A stretch of DNA of 64,000 nt from Alphaproteobacteria bacterium. GTDB lineage: Bacteria > Pseudomonadota > Alphaproteobacteria > Thalassobaculales > Thalassobaculaceae. The notes under the pieces are model-generated. The model saw only the letters and a list, made by a program, of their open reading frames with translations, ran no database searches and was not told the origin of the DNA. Below are positions 46,814-55,477 of this stretch, in pieces (position 1 is the first letter of the stretch; every line of letters begins with the position of its first letter). Both the position numbers and the translations under genes were made by a program. Where the stretch lies: contig JAYOEU010000002.1 of assembly GCA_038116915.1 (NCBI GenBank), positions 67,231 through 131,230 on the forward strand. The letters run 5' to 3'.

Positions 46814-46895
46814 GGGCGGACCATGCCACGCCGGCACCTCGGGAAAACAGCCCAAATCCTTCCATAACCCAGGTGAGGATCACTTAACCCGACCG

Positions 46896-47681
46896 TTGGA
46901 CCGAAACGTGCTCGAACCGGGATTGCAAACTCGGACCAAGATTTTTTCCTCGGCGGCGCGGTCAATTCGGCGCGGCGCGCGTTGGTTGCTGGACGCGGTT
47001 CTGCCGCCGCGATGTCCCGGATGCGGGATCATTGTCGATACACCGGCGGCGGTGTGCGGGAGCTGTTGGTCGGCCATTGCCTTTGTCGCCGAGCCGCTGT
47101 GCCAACGATGTGGCGGACCGTTCGAGTTCAGCGTTGCCGACCGTAGCGTCTGTGGGCGCTGTCTTTCCGATCCGCCGGTCTTCGAGCGCGCCAGGGCGGC
47201 CGCGCTTTATGACGATGCGAGCCGCCGTTTGATCCTCAAGTTCAAGCATGGTGACGGCTTGCATCTGGCGCCGTTATTCGGCGCCTGGCTCGCGCGGAGC
47301 GGCGCCGGTTTGCTGGCGGAGGCGGACCTGCTTGTCCCGGTGCCGTTGCACCGTACCCGGCTGTTCGCGCGGCGCTATAATCAGGCGGCAATCCTTGCGC
47401 TCGACCTCGGTTGCCGCGCCGAGGTGCCGGTCGATGTCCTGGGTCTGATCCGCGCCCGCCGGACACCGTCGCAAGGCACCAGAACGCGCCTCGGTAGGGA
47501 GCGCAACGTCCGGGGTGCGTTCAAGGTCGCGCCCGGTCTCGGCGCGAAATTGAAAGGCAAGCGCGTCCTGCTGATCGACGATGTGCTGACCTCCGGCGCC
47601 ACAGTGAACGCCTGCGCGCGCGTTCTGTTGCGCTCGGGCGCAGCGGCGGTCGACGTGCTGACCATTGCCCGGGTCCCCTGA
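46896..47681 (+). CDS. comF: ComF family protein (phosphoribosyltransferase domain)
   Basis: This is the C-terminal part of track ORF 46215..47681. It contains LLDAVLPPRCPGCG...CGSCW...CQRCG (Zn-finger-like) and the PRT motif RVLLIDDVLTSGATV. The start is uncertain (TTG 46896 or GTG 46908). The upstream 230 codons are antisense to the neighbouring gene. Confidence 0.75.
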   Translation: MDRNVLEPGLQTRTKIFSSAARSIRRGARWLLDAVLPPRCPGCGIIVDTPAAVCGSCWSAIAFVAEPLCQRCGGPFEFSVADRSVCGRCLSDPPVFERARAAALYDDASRRLILKFKHGDGLHLAPLFGAWLARSGAGLLAEADLLVPVPLHRTRLFARRYNQAAILALDLGCRAEVPVDVLGLIRARRTPSQGTRTRLGRERNVRGAFKVAPGLGAKLKGKRVLLIDDVLTSGATVNACARVLLRSGAAAVDVLTIARVP

Positions 47682-47826
47682 ATTCGCTTGAGTGGCCAGC
47701 AGGATCGTGTTTGATCGCGGGGACCGGAGCCGGCCCCTTGGCGCACGGTATCGGGAACGGGTACCGTCCGCATGACAATCGCCGCAGGGGTGGCGGTTCG
47801 AACACGATTCATCTGGGGAGAATATC

Positions 47827-48717
47827 ATGGCGCGTATCGGCTTCATCGGCTTGGGCAATATGGGCGGGCCGATGGCGCGCAATCTGATCAAGGCAGGACA
47901 TAGCCTCAAGGTCTTCGATCTTTCTGAGGACGCCATCAGCTTCGTGGTGCAGTCCGGCGCCAAGGCGGCCGAGTCGGTCAAGGATGCCGCGTCCGGCGTC
48001 GATTTCGTGGTCAGCATGCTGCCCGTCGGAGCCAATGTCCGAAAGGTGTTCATGAACGACGGTGTCATCGCGGCGGCGGACCCCGGTACCCTGTTCATCG
48101 ATTCCTCAACCATCGACGTTGAGTCGGCGCAGGCGGCGGCTGCCGCGGCGAAAGCGGCGGGATTCGCGATGCTGGACGCGCCGGTGTCCGGCGGCGTCGT
48201 CGGGGCCGATGCCGGCACCCTTACATTCATGTGCGGCGGCGATGCCTCCACCTTCGAGAAGGCGAAACCGATCCTGCAGGGCATGGGCAAGAACATTGTC
48301 CATTGCGGTGCGTCGGGCCTCGGCCAGGTCACGAAGATCTGCAACAACATGCTGGCCGGCATCAATTCGCTTGCCGCGGCCGAGGCGATGGTCATGGGTG
48401 AGCGCCTGGGTGTCTCCAAGGAAGTCCTCTACAATGTGATTTCCACGTCAACCGGTCGCTCGTTTATCTTTGAGAATTCGAACCCGATGCCGGGCGTGGT
48501 GGCGACCTCGCCGTCCAGCAATCAGTTCAAGCCCGGCTTCATGGCCAAGCTGATGCTGAAGGATCTGAGGCTGTCGCAGGCCGCGGCCCAGGCCGCCGGT
48601 TCGCCGACACCGTTGGGGGCGACGGCGACGGCGGTGTTTCAGATGCTGATCGAGAACGGTCATGGCAATCTCGATACCTCGAGCATCATCAAGGTGATCG
48701 ACCCGAAGACCAAATAA
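47827..48717 (+). CDS. mmsB: 3-hydroxyisobutyrate dehydrogenase
   Basis: Contains MARIGFIGLGNMGGPMARNL and the family core ...GASGLGQVTKICNNML... 296 aa. Confidence 0.85.
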   Translation: MARIGFIGLGNMGGPMARNLIKAGHSLKVFDLSEDAISFVVQSGAKAAESVKDAASGVDFVVSMLPVGANVRKVFMNDGVIAAADPGTLFIDSSTIDVESAQAAAAAAKAAGFAMLDAPVSGGVVGADAGTLTFMCGGDASTFEKAKPILQGMGKNIVHCGASGLGQVTKICNNMLAGINSLAAAEAMVMGERLGVSKEVLYNVISTSTGRSFIFENSNPMPGVVATSPSSNQFKPGFMAKLMLKDLRLSQAAAQAAGSPTPLGATATAVFQMLIENGHGNLDTSSIIKVIDPKTK

Positions 48718-48762
48718 CAGGTCCGCGCGCCGCGGCCTGATATCAGAGAAGGGAGCCTGTCC

Positions 48763-49926
48763 ATGTCGTCCCTGTCACATTTGAAGGTGCTGGATCTTAC
48801 CAATCACCTTTCCGGTCCCTATTGCGCGATGATTCTTGCCGATCACGGCGCCGACGTGATCAAGGTGGAGAACCCGGCGGGTGGTGATTCCCTGCGTCAG
48901 ACGCCGCCGTTCCAGGATGGTGAGAGCGCGCCTTTCATGCTCTGGAACCGCAACAAGCGCTCTGTCGCCTTCAACCTGAAAGATCCGACCGATCTCGGCC
49001 ATCTGAAGAAGATGATCGAAATGGCCGATGTGCTGATCGAGAACTTCAAGCCCGGCGTCGCCGAGCGGCTGGGCATCGGCTACGAGGCGGCCTCCAGGAT
49101 AAATCCGCGGCTGATCTACTGCTCGATTTCAGGCTTCGGCCAGACCGGGCTGTATTCGCATCGCGGCGGGTTCGATCTGATCGCGTGCGGAATGTCAGGC
49201 CTGATGTCGGTCAACGGTCCGCCGGACGGGCCGCCCTACCGCATCCCGGTACCGGTCACCGATGTCTGTGGCGGCATGAACGGAGCCATCGGGATCCTGA
49301 TCGCCCTTGCGGCACGGGAGCGGACCGGCAGGGGCCAGCACGTCGATACCTCCTTGTTCGAATCCGGGATCGCACTCGGCGTCTATGAGGCGGCCAATGT
49401 CTTCGCCAATGGCGAGGTGCCGGAGCGGCTCGGCCAGGCGCATCGCGGCAGCGCGCCCTATCAGCTGTTTCTGACGAAGGATGGTTACATGACTATCGGC
49501 GGAGCGCAGGACAGTTTCTGGCGCGGCGCCTGCAAGATCCTGGGCTGCGAGCATCTGGTCGACGACCCGCGCTTCAAGACCAAGGCCGACCGGGTCGCGA
49601 ACAACAAGGAACTGGTTCCGGAACTGGAGGTCTATTTCAAGCAGCAGACCACCGCCGCGCTATGTGAGGCCTTCGAGACGGCGGGCATCCCGGCGGGACC
49701 GGTGATGAACCATGTCGAGGTCTACAACGATCCGCAAACCATCGCCCGGGAGATGGTGGTCGATGTTCAACATCCCAAGGTGGGCGCGATGAAAACCATC
49801 GGCGTGCCGGTAAAACTGTCGGAAACACCCGGTTCAATCCGCCGGCCGGCGCCGCTTCTGGGTGAACATACCGCGGAAGTGATCGCCGAATGGACTAGGC
49901 CGGCTGTGGAAGCCGCGGACGACTGA
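48763..49926 (+). CDS. CaiB/BaiF family (class III) CoA-transferase
   Basis: LKVLDLTNHLSGPYCAMILADHGADVIKVE is the hallmark N-terminus. 387 aa. Confidence 0.85.
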   Translation: MSSLSHLKVLDLTNHLSGPYCAMILADHGADVIKVENPAGGDSLRQTPPFQDGESAPFMLWNRNKRSVAFNLKDPTDLGHLKKMIEMADVLIENFKPGVAERLGIGYEAASRINPRLIYCSISGFGQTGLYSHRGGFDLIACGMSGLMSVNGPPDGPPYRIPVPVTDVCGGMNGAIGILIALAARERTGRGQHVDTSLFESGIALGVYEAANVFANGEVPERLGQAHRGSAPYQLFLTKDGYMTIGGAQDSFWRGACKILGCEHLVDDPRFKTKADRVANNKELVPELEVYFKQQTTAALCEAFETAGIPAGPVMNHVEVYNDPQTIAREMVVDVQHPKVGAMKTIGVPVKLSETPGSIRRPAPLLGEHTAEVIAEWTRPAVEAADD

Positions 49927-50031
49927 TACCATATGCGCGATGCGGCGGATTCTTCGGCCGCGCGAGATCCTGTTTAGTCTGATCCGACGGGCTTGGCCCG
50001 GAGGATTGCAACGCCTCACATGGAGCCCGAC

Positions 50032-50724
50032 ATGCTGAAGTTCTACTATAACACCGCGCCGAACCCGATGAAGGTGGCGCTGTTCCTTGAGGAAGCCGGC
50101 CTGGACTACGAACCGGTTCCGGTCGACTCGCGTCAGGGGGACCAGTTCAAGCCCGAGTATCTGGCGATCAATCCGAATGCCAAGTCACCCTCGATCGTCG
50201 ATGACGGCAACGTGGTCTTCGACAGCAATGCGATCCTGCTCTATCTCGGCGAAAAGACCGGCAAGTTCATGCCCGCCGATACCTTGGCGGCACGCGGTGA
50301 ACTGCTCTCTTGGATGATGTTCGTCGCGACCGGGATAGGACCCTATTCCGGCCAGTCGGTGCATTTCCGCCACTATGCGCCCGGTGAAAACAAATATGCC
50401 GTCAACCGCTACCTCTTCGAAGCCGAGCGGCATTACGGGATCCTGAACGACCGTCTTTCCAGCCGCGCCTATATGCTGGGCGACAAATACACGATCGTCG
50501 ACATGTGCGTGTGGGGCTGGGCCCGGATGGTGCCGTTGGTGATTGGTGACGGCGCGCTCGAGGGGATGCCGCATTTGAAACGTCTGGTGGACGAGATCAA
50601 TGCCCGCCCCGCGTCCGGGCGCGCGCTATCGATCAAGGATCGGCACGGCCATGTCTTCAAGACCGAAATGGACGAGCAGGCCAAGAACTTCATGTTCCCC
50701 CAGAACGCGCGCCTCGCCAGTTAG
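50032..50724 (+). CDS. glutathione S-transferase, Nu-class (YfcG-like)
   Basis: Trimmed to MLKFYYNTAPNPMKVALFLEEAGLDYEPVPVD...FKPEYLAINPNAKSPSIVD...FDSNAILLYLGEKTGKF, which closely parallels the E. coli YfcG N-terminal domain. Confidence 0.8.
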   Translation: MLKFYYNTAPNPMKVALFLEEAGLDYEPVPVDSRQGDQFKPEYLAINPNAKSPSIVDDGNVVFDSNAILLYLGEKTGKFMPADTLAARGELLSWMMFVATGIGPYSGQSVHFRHYAPGENKYAVNRYLFEAERHYGILNDRLSSRAYMLGDKYTIVDMCVWGWARMVPLVIGDGALEGMPHLKRLVDEINARPASGRALSIKDRHGHVFKTEMDEQAKNFMFPQNARLAS

Positions 50725-50827
50725 GCGAGCCGTTGCGTCCATGGGTCAAGGAAGCCGAGGCCCGGGCTGGACAAGGCCGCCCGGGCCTCGTATCCGTAGA
50801 ATTAGCCTGCTTTTTTGGAGGTCTTTG

Positions 50828-51082
50828 ATGGCCAGTGTGGAAATCTACACCACCATGTGGTGCCCGTATTGTCATCGCGCGAAGAAGCTGCTGTCCAGCA
50901 AGGGCGTTGCCTTCACCGAGATCGATGTCGGCATGATCGGTACCAAGAAGAAGGAGATGCTGCAGCGCGCCGAAGGCCGGCAAACTGTGCCGCAAATCTT
51001 CATCAATGGCGTCGGTATCGGCGGGTCGGACGATTTGGCCGCGCTCGAAGCTAGTGGTAAGCTCGATCCGATGCTGGCCTGA
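50828..51082 (+). CDS. grxC: glutaredoxin 3
   Basis: Trimmed to MASVEIYTTMWCPYCHRAKKLL (CPYC), followed by TVPQIFINGVGIGGSDDL. 84 aa; GGAGG 6 nt upstream. Confidence 0.9.
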   Translation: MASVEIYTTMWCPYCHRAKKLLSSKGVAFTEIDVGMIGTKKKEMLQRAEGRQTVPQIFINGVGIGGSDDLAALEASGKLDPMLA

Positions 51083-51107
51083 AGCCGCGCCAACCGGGAA
51101 TGATCTC

Positions 51108-51965
51108 ATGACCCAACTCACGATTGCCTGCGTGCAGACGAACTCGAAGGCCGATCCGGCGGAGAACATCACCGAGGTCGGCGCGATGATCCGCGAGGCC
51201 AAGGACCGCGGCGCCGATCTGATCACCACGCCGGAAGTCGTCGGCATGTTGACCGGCGGCCGCGACGAAGCGCTGTCCCGCGCCCGTCCCGAGGAAAGTC
51301 ACGAGGTGCTGGCGGCGTTCCGGGATCTCGCGGCGGAGTTGAAAACCTGGCTGCTGATCGGGTCGATTTCGATCAAGCTTTCCGACGACAAGCTTTCCAA
51401 TCGCAGCTATCTGGTCGGCCCGGACGGCGGGATCTTTGCGCATTATTCCAAGATCCACATGTTTGACGTGCAGGTCGGTGACGGCACCCAGTACCGGGAG
51501 TCGCGAACCTACCAGCCCGGAGAACGGGCGGTTCTGGCGGAAACGCCCTGGGGCACCATGGGATTAACGATCTGCTACGACATCCGCTTTCCCTACCTGT
51601 TCCGGGATCTGGCCCATGCGGGGGCCAAGCTGATTTTCTCGCCTGCGGCCTTCACCCAGGTGACCGGAGAGGCGCACTGGCACGTCCTGCAGCGGGCACG
51701 CGCGATCGAGAATGGCTGCTTCATCGTCTCGCCGGCGCAGACCGGCACGCATGCGGGTGGAAGAAAGACCTACGGCCACTCGGTCGTAGTCGGGCCATGG
51801 GGAGAGGTTCTGCTGGACGGCGGGACGGAAACCGGTGTCTCGCTGGCAACGATCGATCTGGCGGAGGTCGAAAAGGCGCGAGGCAAGGTGCCGTCCCTGA
51901 CCCACGATCGTTCCTATTCGCCGCCGGTAGCAGCTTTCGAGGGATTGCGGGCGGCGGGAGACTAG
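51108..51965 (+). CDS. carbon-nitrogen hydrolase (nitrilase superfamily, Nit/omega-amidase-like)
   Basis: Trimmed to MTQLTIACVQTNS. Has the E-K-C triad context (TPE..., HYSKIHMFD, GLTICYDIRFP). 285 aa. Confidence 0.85.
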   Translation: MTQLTIACVQTNSKADPAENITEVGAMIREAKDRGADLITTPEVVGMLTGGRDEALSRARPEESHEVLAAFRDLAAELKTWLLIGSISIKLSDDKLSNRSYLVGPDGGIFAHYSKIHMFDVQVGDGTQYRESRTYQPGERAVLAETPWGTMGLTICYDIRFPYLFRDLAHAGAKLIFSPAAFTQVTGEAHWHVLQRARAIENGCFIVSPAQTGTHAGGRKTYGHSVVVGPWGEVLLDGGTETGVSLATIDLAEVEKARGKVPSLTHDRSYSPPVAAFEGLRAAGD

Positions 51966-52070
51966 GGCCACCAGACGGACGGGGCGCGCGTCTTAGTCGC
52001 CCCGTGGTGTTCACGGGTTTCGGGGATCATCACGGTCTCGTATCCACCAACACGAGCGAGGCGAAACCAC

Positions 52071-53435
52071 GTGGCGTCCGAGCCAACACCCACGGTTTAT
52101 CTGCCGATTGAAACCCTCTCGCGGGAACTGGATGCCCGGCTCCTGCTGGCGAGCCGGTTGCTTCGGCAACGCATCCCGGTCGTGATTGGTCAGCAGTGGC
52201 TGATCAATCAGAACCTGGCCAACGGCTATCCTCCAGGATGGGTCTTGCTGAAGGGCCTCAATCGAATTCAAGCCGGCGTGGCGATCCATCTTTCCAAACT
52301 CGGCAATGTCGTCATGGCTTGTGACGAGGAAGCGCTCGGTCTCTCGTACGAAACCTTCATGAGCCAGGATATTTTTCCGGATACGGCTCCTTATTACGCG
52401 AGCGTTTTTGCCCAGGGTGACTTCCATCGCAAAGTGGTGATGAAGCGGACCGGTTGCCGGCCGGAACAGGTGATAACCGTCGGCAATGCCCGTCTCGATC
52501 TCTTGAAACCGCGGTTCAGGAAAATCTATGACGCCGAAGTTGCGGAAATCCGCGAGCGGTTGGGAGAGTTCGTTCTTTTCAACACCAATACCGGTTACGT
52601 CCATTCGGTATGGGAAAGCGAAGAGGAACAGGAGCGGGTTTTGATCCGTATCGGTTGGCTGGATAAAGCGAAACCGGAGACCTACGACCTTTATCGCCGG
52701 ATCGTTGCGTTGGACTACAGCAACTACGATCTTACAAGGACAACGGTGCGCGGGCTCGCGACGGCGGATCCATCGATCAAGATCGTGGTGCGTCCCCACC
52801 CTGCCGAGAATACCGGTGCCTGGCTGACGGAATTTACCGATCTGCCGAATGTCGAGGTGGTCAGGGAGGGCGGTATAGCTCCGATGCTTCTTGCCGCCCG
52901 TCTGGTTTTGCATACTGGCTGCACGACCGGCGTCGAGGCAACCCTATTGAACCGTCCGACCATGAGCATTCTTCCGGACGATCCGAAGCAGGACCAATGG
53001 CAATGGTTCGTCGCGAACCATATTGTTCCGACCGCCGTCGGAGCTGTTGAAGCCGAGGAGAAGGTCCGCGCGTTTCTCGCGGGAATGCTCGATCTGGAAA
53101 GCGACCGGCAAGCAGAACGCCACGCCGCTCGGGATCTCTATTTTTCGGGCCTTGACGGGGATTTCGTATTCGACGTGAAAGCCGAAACCATTTTGAAACA
53201 GATCCGCGATCATAAGCTGCTCGACGCCCAGTACGCCTGGGCGCCGAAAGACCCGCAAAAGGTTCTAACGACAATGGAAAGATCGGAATATTTCCGCCGT
53301 AAAATGTCGATATCCCTTGAGGAGATTACCGAGCGCTACAGGTTCCTTCTACACCACGCCCGTGGCGGGCGGCCGACCAGGATCAGGCAGCTTGGCGATA
53401 GTGTCTTTCTTTTCGAGAATAGCGAGACTGTGTAA
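52071..53435 (+). CDS. putative surface-carbohydrate / capsule-type biosynthesis protein (GT-B-like C-terminal half)
   Basis: 454 aa, GTG start. VYLPIETLSRELDARLLLA at the N-terminus and LVLHTGCTTGVEATLLNRPT in the C-terminal half recall 'surface carbohydrate biosynthesis protein'/capsule-synthesis families. The assignment is from memory only. Confidence 0.4.
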   Translation: MASEPTPTVYLPIETLSRELDARLLLASRLLRQRIPVVIGQQWLINQNLANGYPPGWVLLKGLNRIQAGVAIHLSKLGNVVMACDEEALGLSYETFMSQDIFPDTAPYYASVFAQGDFHRKVVMKRTGCRPEQVITVGNARLDLLKPRFRKIYDAEVAEIRERLGEFVLFNTNTGYVHSVWESEEEQERVLIRIGWLDKAKPETYDLYRRIVALDYSNYDLTRTTVRGLATADPSIKIVVRPHPAENTGAWLTEFTDLPNVEVVREGGIAPMLLAARLVLHTGCTTGVEATLLNRPTMSILPDDPKQDQWQWFVANHIVPTAVGAVEAEEKVRAFLAGMLDLESDRQAERHAARDLYFSGLDGDFVFDVKAETILKQIRDHKLLDAQYAWAPKDPQKVLTTMERSEYFRRKMSISLEEITERYRFLLHHARGGRPTRIRQLGDSVFLFENSETV

Positions 53436-53462
53436 TAGACCGGACGCGCGCCGATCGTGGTG

Positions 53463-54413
53463 TCAGGACAATCCGATCTTGCCCATGGCGATGAATTTCT
53501 CGCGCCGTTTCGCCCGCAATGTTCCGGCATCCATGGCCAGCAATTCCCGTACCGCCGCCTCGACCGCATCTCCGAGGCTCTTGAGGGCGGTATCCCGGCC
53601 GCGATGCGCGGCGCCCAGGGGTTCTGGAACGATCGCGTCGATCACCGCCATTTGCTTCAGATCCTGAGCTGTGAGACGCAAGGCCTCGGCGGCGTCTTTC
53701 GCGTGCTCTCCGTCGCGCCACAGGATCGACGCGCAGCCTTCCGGCGAGATGACGGAATAGATTGCATGTTCGAACATCAGCACCCGGTCCGCCGTGGCCA
53801 GCGCGACGGCGCCGCCGGAACCGCCCTCGCCGATGATCGCCGCCGCCACCGGTACCGTCAGCCCGAGGCTGGTTTCGATGGCACGGGCAATGGCCTCGGC
53901 CTGGCCGCGCTCCTCGGCGCCGACGCCGGGATAGGCTCCCGCCGTATCGACGAAGGTCAGAACCGGCAGACGAAACCGCTCCGCCAATTCCATGAGGCGC
54001 CGCGCCTTGCGATACCCCTCGGGCCGCGCCATGCCGAAATTGGTTTCCAGGCGCTCCTTGGTCGTATTGCCCTTTTCGGTACCCATGATGACGGCAGAGA
54101 AGCCGCGGAACCGGCCCATGCCGCCAACGATCGCCTTGTCCTCCGCGAAACCGCGGTCGCCGGCGAGCGGCGTGAAATCGGTCACAAGCGCCGCCACGAC
54201 ATCCTTGAAATGCGGCCGGTTCGGATGCCGCGCGACTTGAACCTTCTGCCAGGGCGAAAGCTTCTGATAGGTGGCGCGCAACTGTCGTTCGACCTTGGAT
54301 TGCAGCTTGCCGACCTCTTCGGCGATGTTGATATCACCATCGGTCGACAGGTGCCGTAGCTCCTCGATCTTGCCCTCAAGGTCGGCAACAGGTTTTTCGA
54401 AATCCAAAAACAT
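53463..54413 (-). CDS. accA: acetyl-CoA carboxylase carboxyltransferase subunit alpha
   Basis: MFLDFEKPVADLEGKIEELRHL...TFVDTAGAYPGVGAEERGQAEAIA is canonical AccA. The ATG at 54413 is preferred over the TTG at 54443. Confidence 0.95.
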   Translation of the reverse strand: MFLDFEKPVADLEGKIEELRHLSTDGDINIAEEVGKLQSKVERQLRATYQKLSPWQKVQVARHPNRPHFKDVVAALVTDFTPLAGDRGFAEDKAIVGGMGRFRGFSAVIMGTEKGNTTKERLETNFGMARPEGYRKARRLMELAERFRLPVLTFVDTAGAYPGVGAEERGQAEAIARAIETSLGLTVPVAAAIIGEGGSGGAVALATADRVLMFEHAIYSVISPEGCASILWRDGEHAKDAAEALRLTAQDLKQMAVIDAIVPEPLGAAHRGRDTALKSLGDAVEAAVRELLAMDAGTLRAKRREKFIAMGKIGLS

Positions 54414-54535
54414 GTGTGTCGGTTTCCCTGCCTGCACGCTCAAATGTCGCTACCTCCAGCTCTCGACAATTTCCATTGATTGGCACAAGCGCCAAGCCGC
54501 GTCTAGCGGTTCCGCGCGTGATACAGCCGAAGCGA

Positions 54536-55477
54536 TCATTGCTTTTCCGCCAACGGATGATGGGTCTCGACGATCGATCTGAGGCGTTGGCTGAGAACGT
54601 GGGTATAGATCTGAGTTGTGGATATATCGGCGTGCCCGAGCATCTGCTGAACGCTTCGTAAGTCGGCGCCATGATCCAAGAGATGCGTCGCGAAAGCGTG
54701 GCGCATCACATGGGGTGAGACCTTCGCGGGATCAATACCGCATTCCAGCGCAAGTTCCTTAAGCAGTTGTCCCATGCGGCGCCGGGTCAAATGCCCCTCG
54801 GCCGAACGGGAGGGGAACAGATGGGGTGAGTCCCCGCCTTCTCCAAGAAAATGCGCGCGGTCTTGGCGATAGGCGGCAATGGCCTCGACCGCGGCTCCGG
54901 TCAGCGGCACCATCCGTTCCTTGCCACCCTTGCCCCGGACGATTAGCAGCCGCTCGTCACGCGCCGCCGCCGCCAGCGGCAGTCCGACCAGTTCGGAAAC
55001 CCGCAACCCGGTCGCGTAAGCGATCTCCAAAAGACAGACCAGCCGACGCCCCTCAGGCCCGCGCCGGGCCCTCGCACCGATGAGCAGGGCGTCGACCTCG
55101 TTTTCGGAAAGGACCTTCGGCAGGCCACGTCCGAGGCGCGGCGCATCGACCGCTGAGCTCGGGTCGTCCGCCCGTAAGCCCTCGGCATAGAGGAAACGAT
55201 AGAACTGCCGGAGCGCCGATAGGCGCCTTGCCGCGGTTCTTGGCGCCATGCCCGCCCGCTCCAGGGCCGACATGTAGCCTCTAAAATCCTCCACCGAACA
55301 CAGATGCAGTTGGATACCCGCGGCGGCGAGATGGATCTCAAAATGGCGAAGGTCGCGCTTGTACGCCATCGCCGTATTCGCTGACGCGCCCCGCTCGGCA
55401 TAAAGCATTTCCATGAACGGCTCGACATAGGGACTTTCCGGTGGCGCGGCCTGCTGCTTTGCCTTGCGGTTGTTCAT
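54536..55477 (-). CDS. xerD: site-specific tyrosine recombinase XerD
   Basis: 313 aa. Contains ...GLPKVLSENEVDALL..., RVSELVGL and HVMRHAFATHLLDHGADLRSVQQMLGHADISTTQIYTHV (R-H-R-Y catalytic set). Confidence 0.9.
   Translation of the reverse strand: MNNRKAKQQAAPPESPYVEPFMEMLYAERGASANTAMAYKRDLRHFEIHLAAAGIQLHLCSVEDFRGYMSALERAGMAPRTAARRLSALRQFYRFLYAEGLRADDPSSAVDAPRLGRGLPKVLSENEVDALLIGARARRGPEGRRLVCLLEIAYATGLRVSELVGLPLAAAARDERLLIVRGKGGKERMVPLTGAAVEAIAAYRQDRAHFLGEGGDSPHLFPSRSAEGHLTRRRMGQLLKELALECGIDPAKVSPHVMRHAFATHLLDHGADLRSVQQMLGHADISTTQIYTHVLSQRLRSIVETHHPLAEKQ

Noticed and set aside
46215-46895. First ~230 codons of the 488-aa track ORF that contains comF.
   Set aside because: This part is antisense to the NDUFAF5-like methyltransferase and is low-complexity (Ser/Arg/Pro/Ala). 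ComF motifs begin only after about 46.9 kb.
50757-50816. The GAGGCCCGGGC...GCCCGGGCCTC hairpin after the GST gene as a rho-independent terminator. The ACGGGGCG...CGCCCCGT hairpin at 51979-52005 and the CGTCGGC...GCCGACG hairpin at the bolA stop were considered the same way.
   Set aside because: The stems are good, but none is followed directly by a T-run on the transcribed strand. The T6 tract after the GST hairpin is about 20 nt away. This is too weak to report as features.
54536-55477. The tyrosine recombinase as a marker of an integrated mobile element.
   Set aside because: It has full XerD-type motifs and the conserved housekeeping context (accA, aroK-aroB). There is no att-like repeat, tRNA gene or phage/IS gene nearby.
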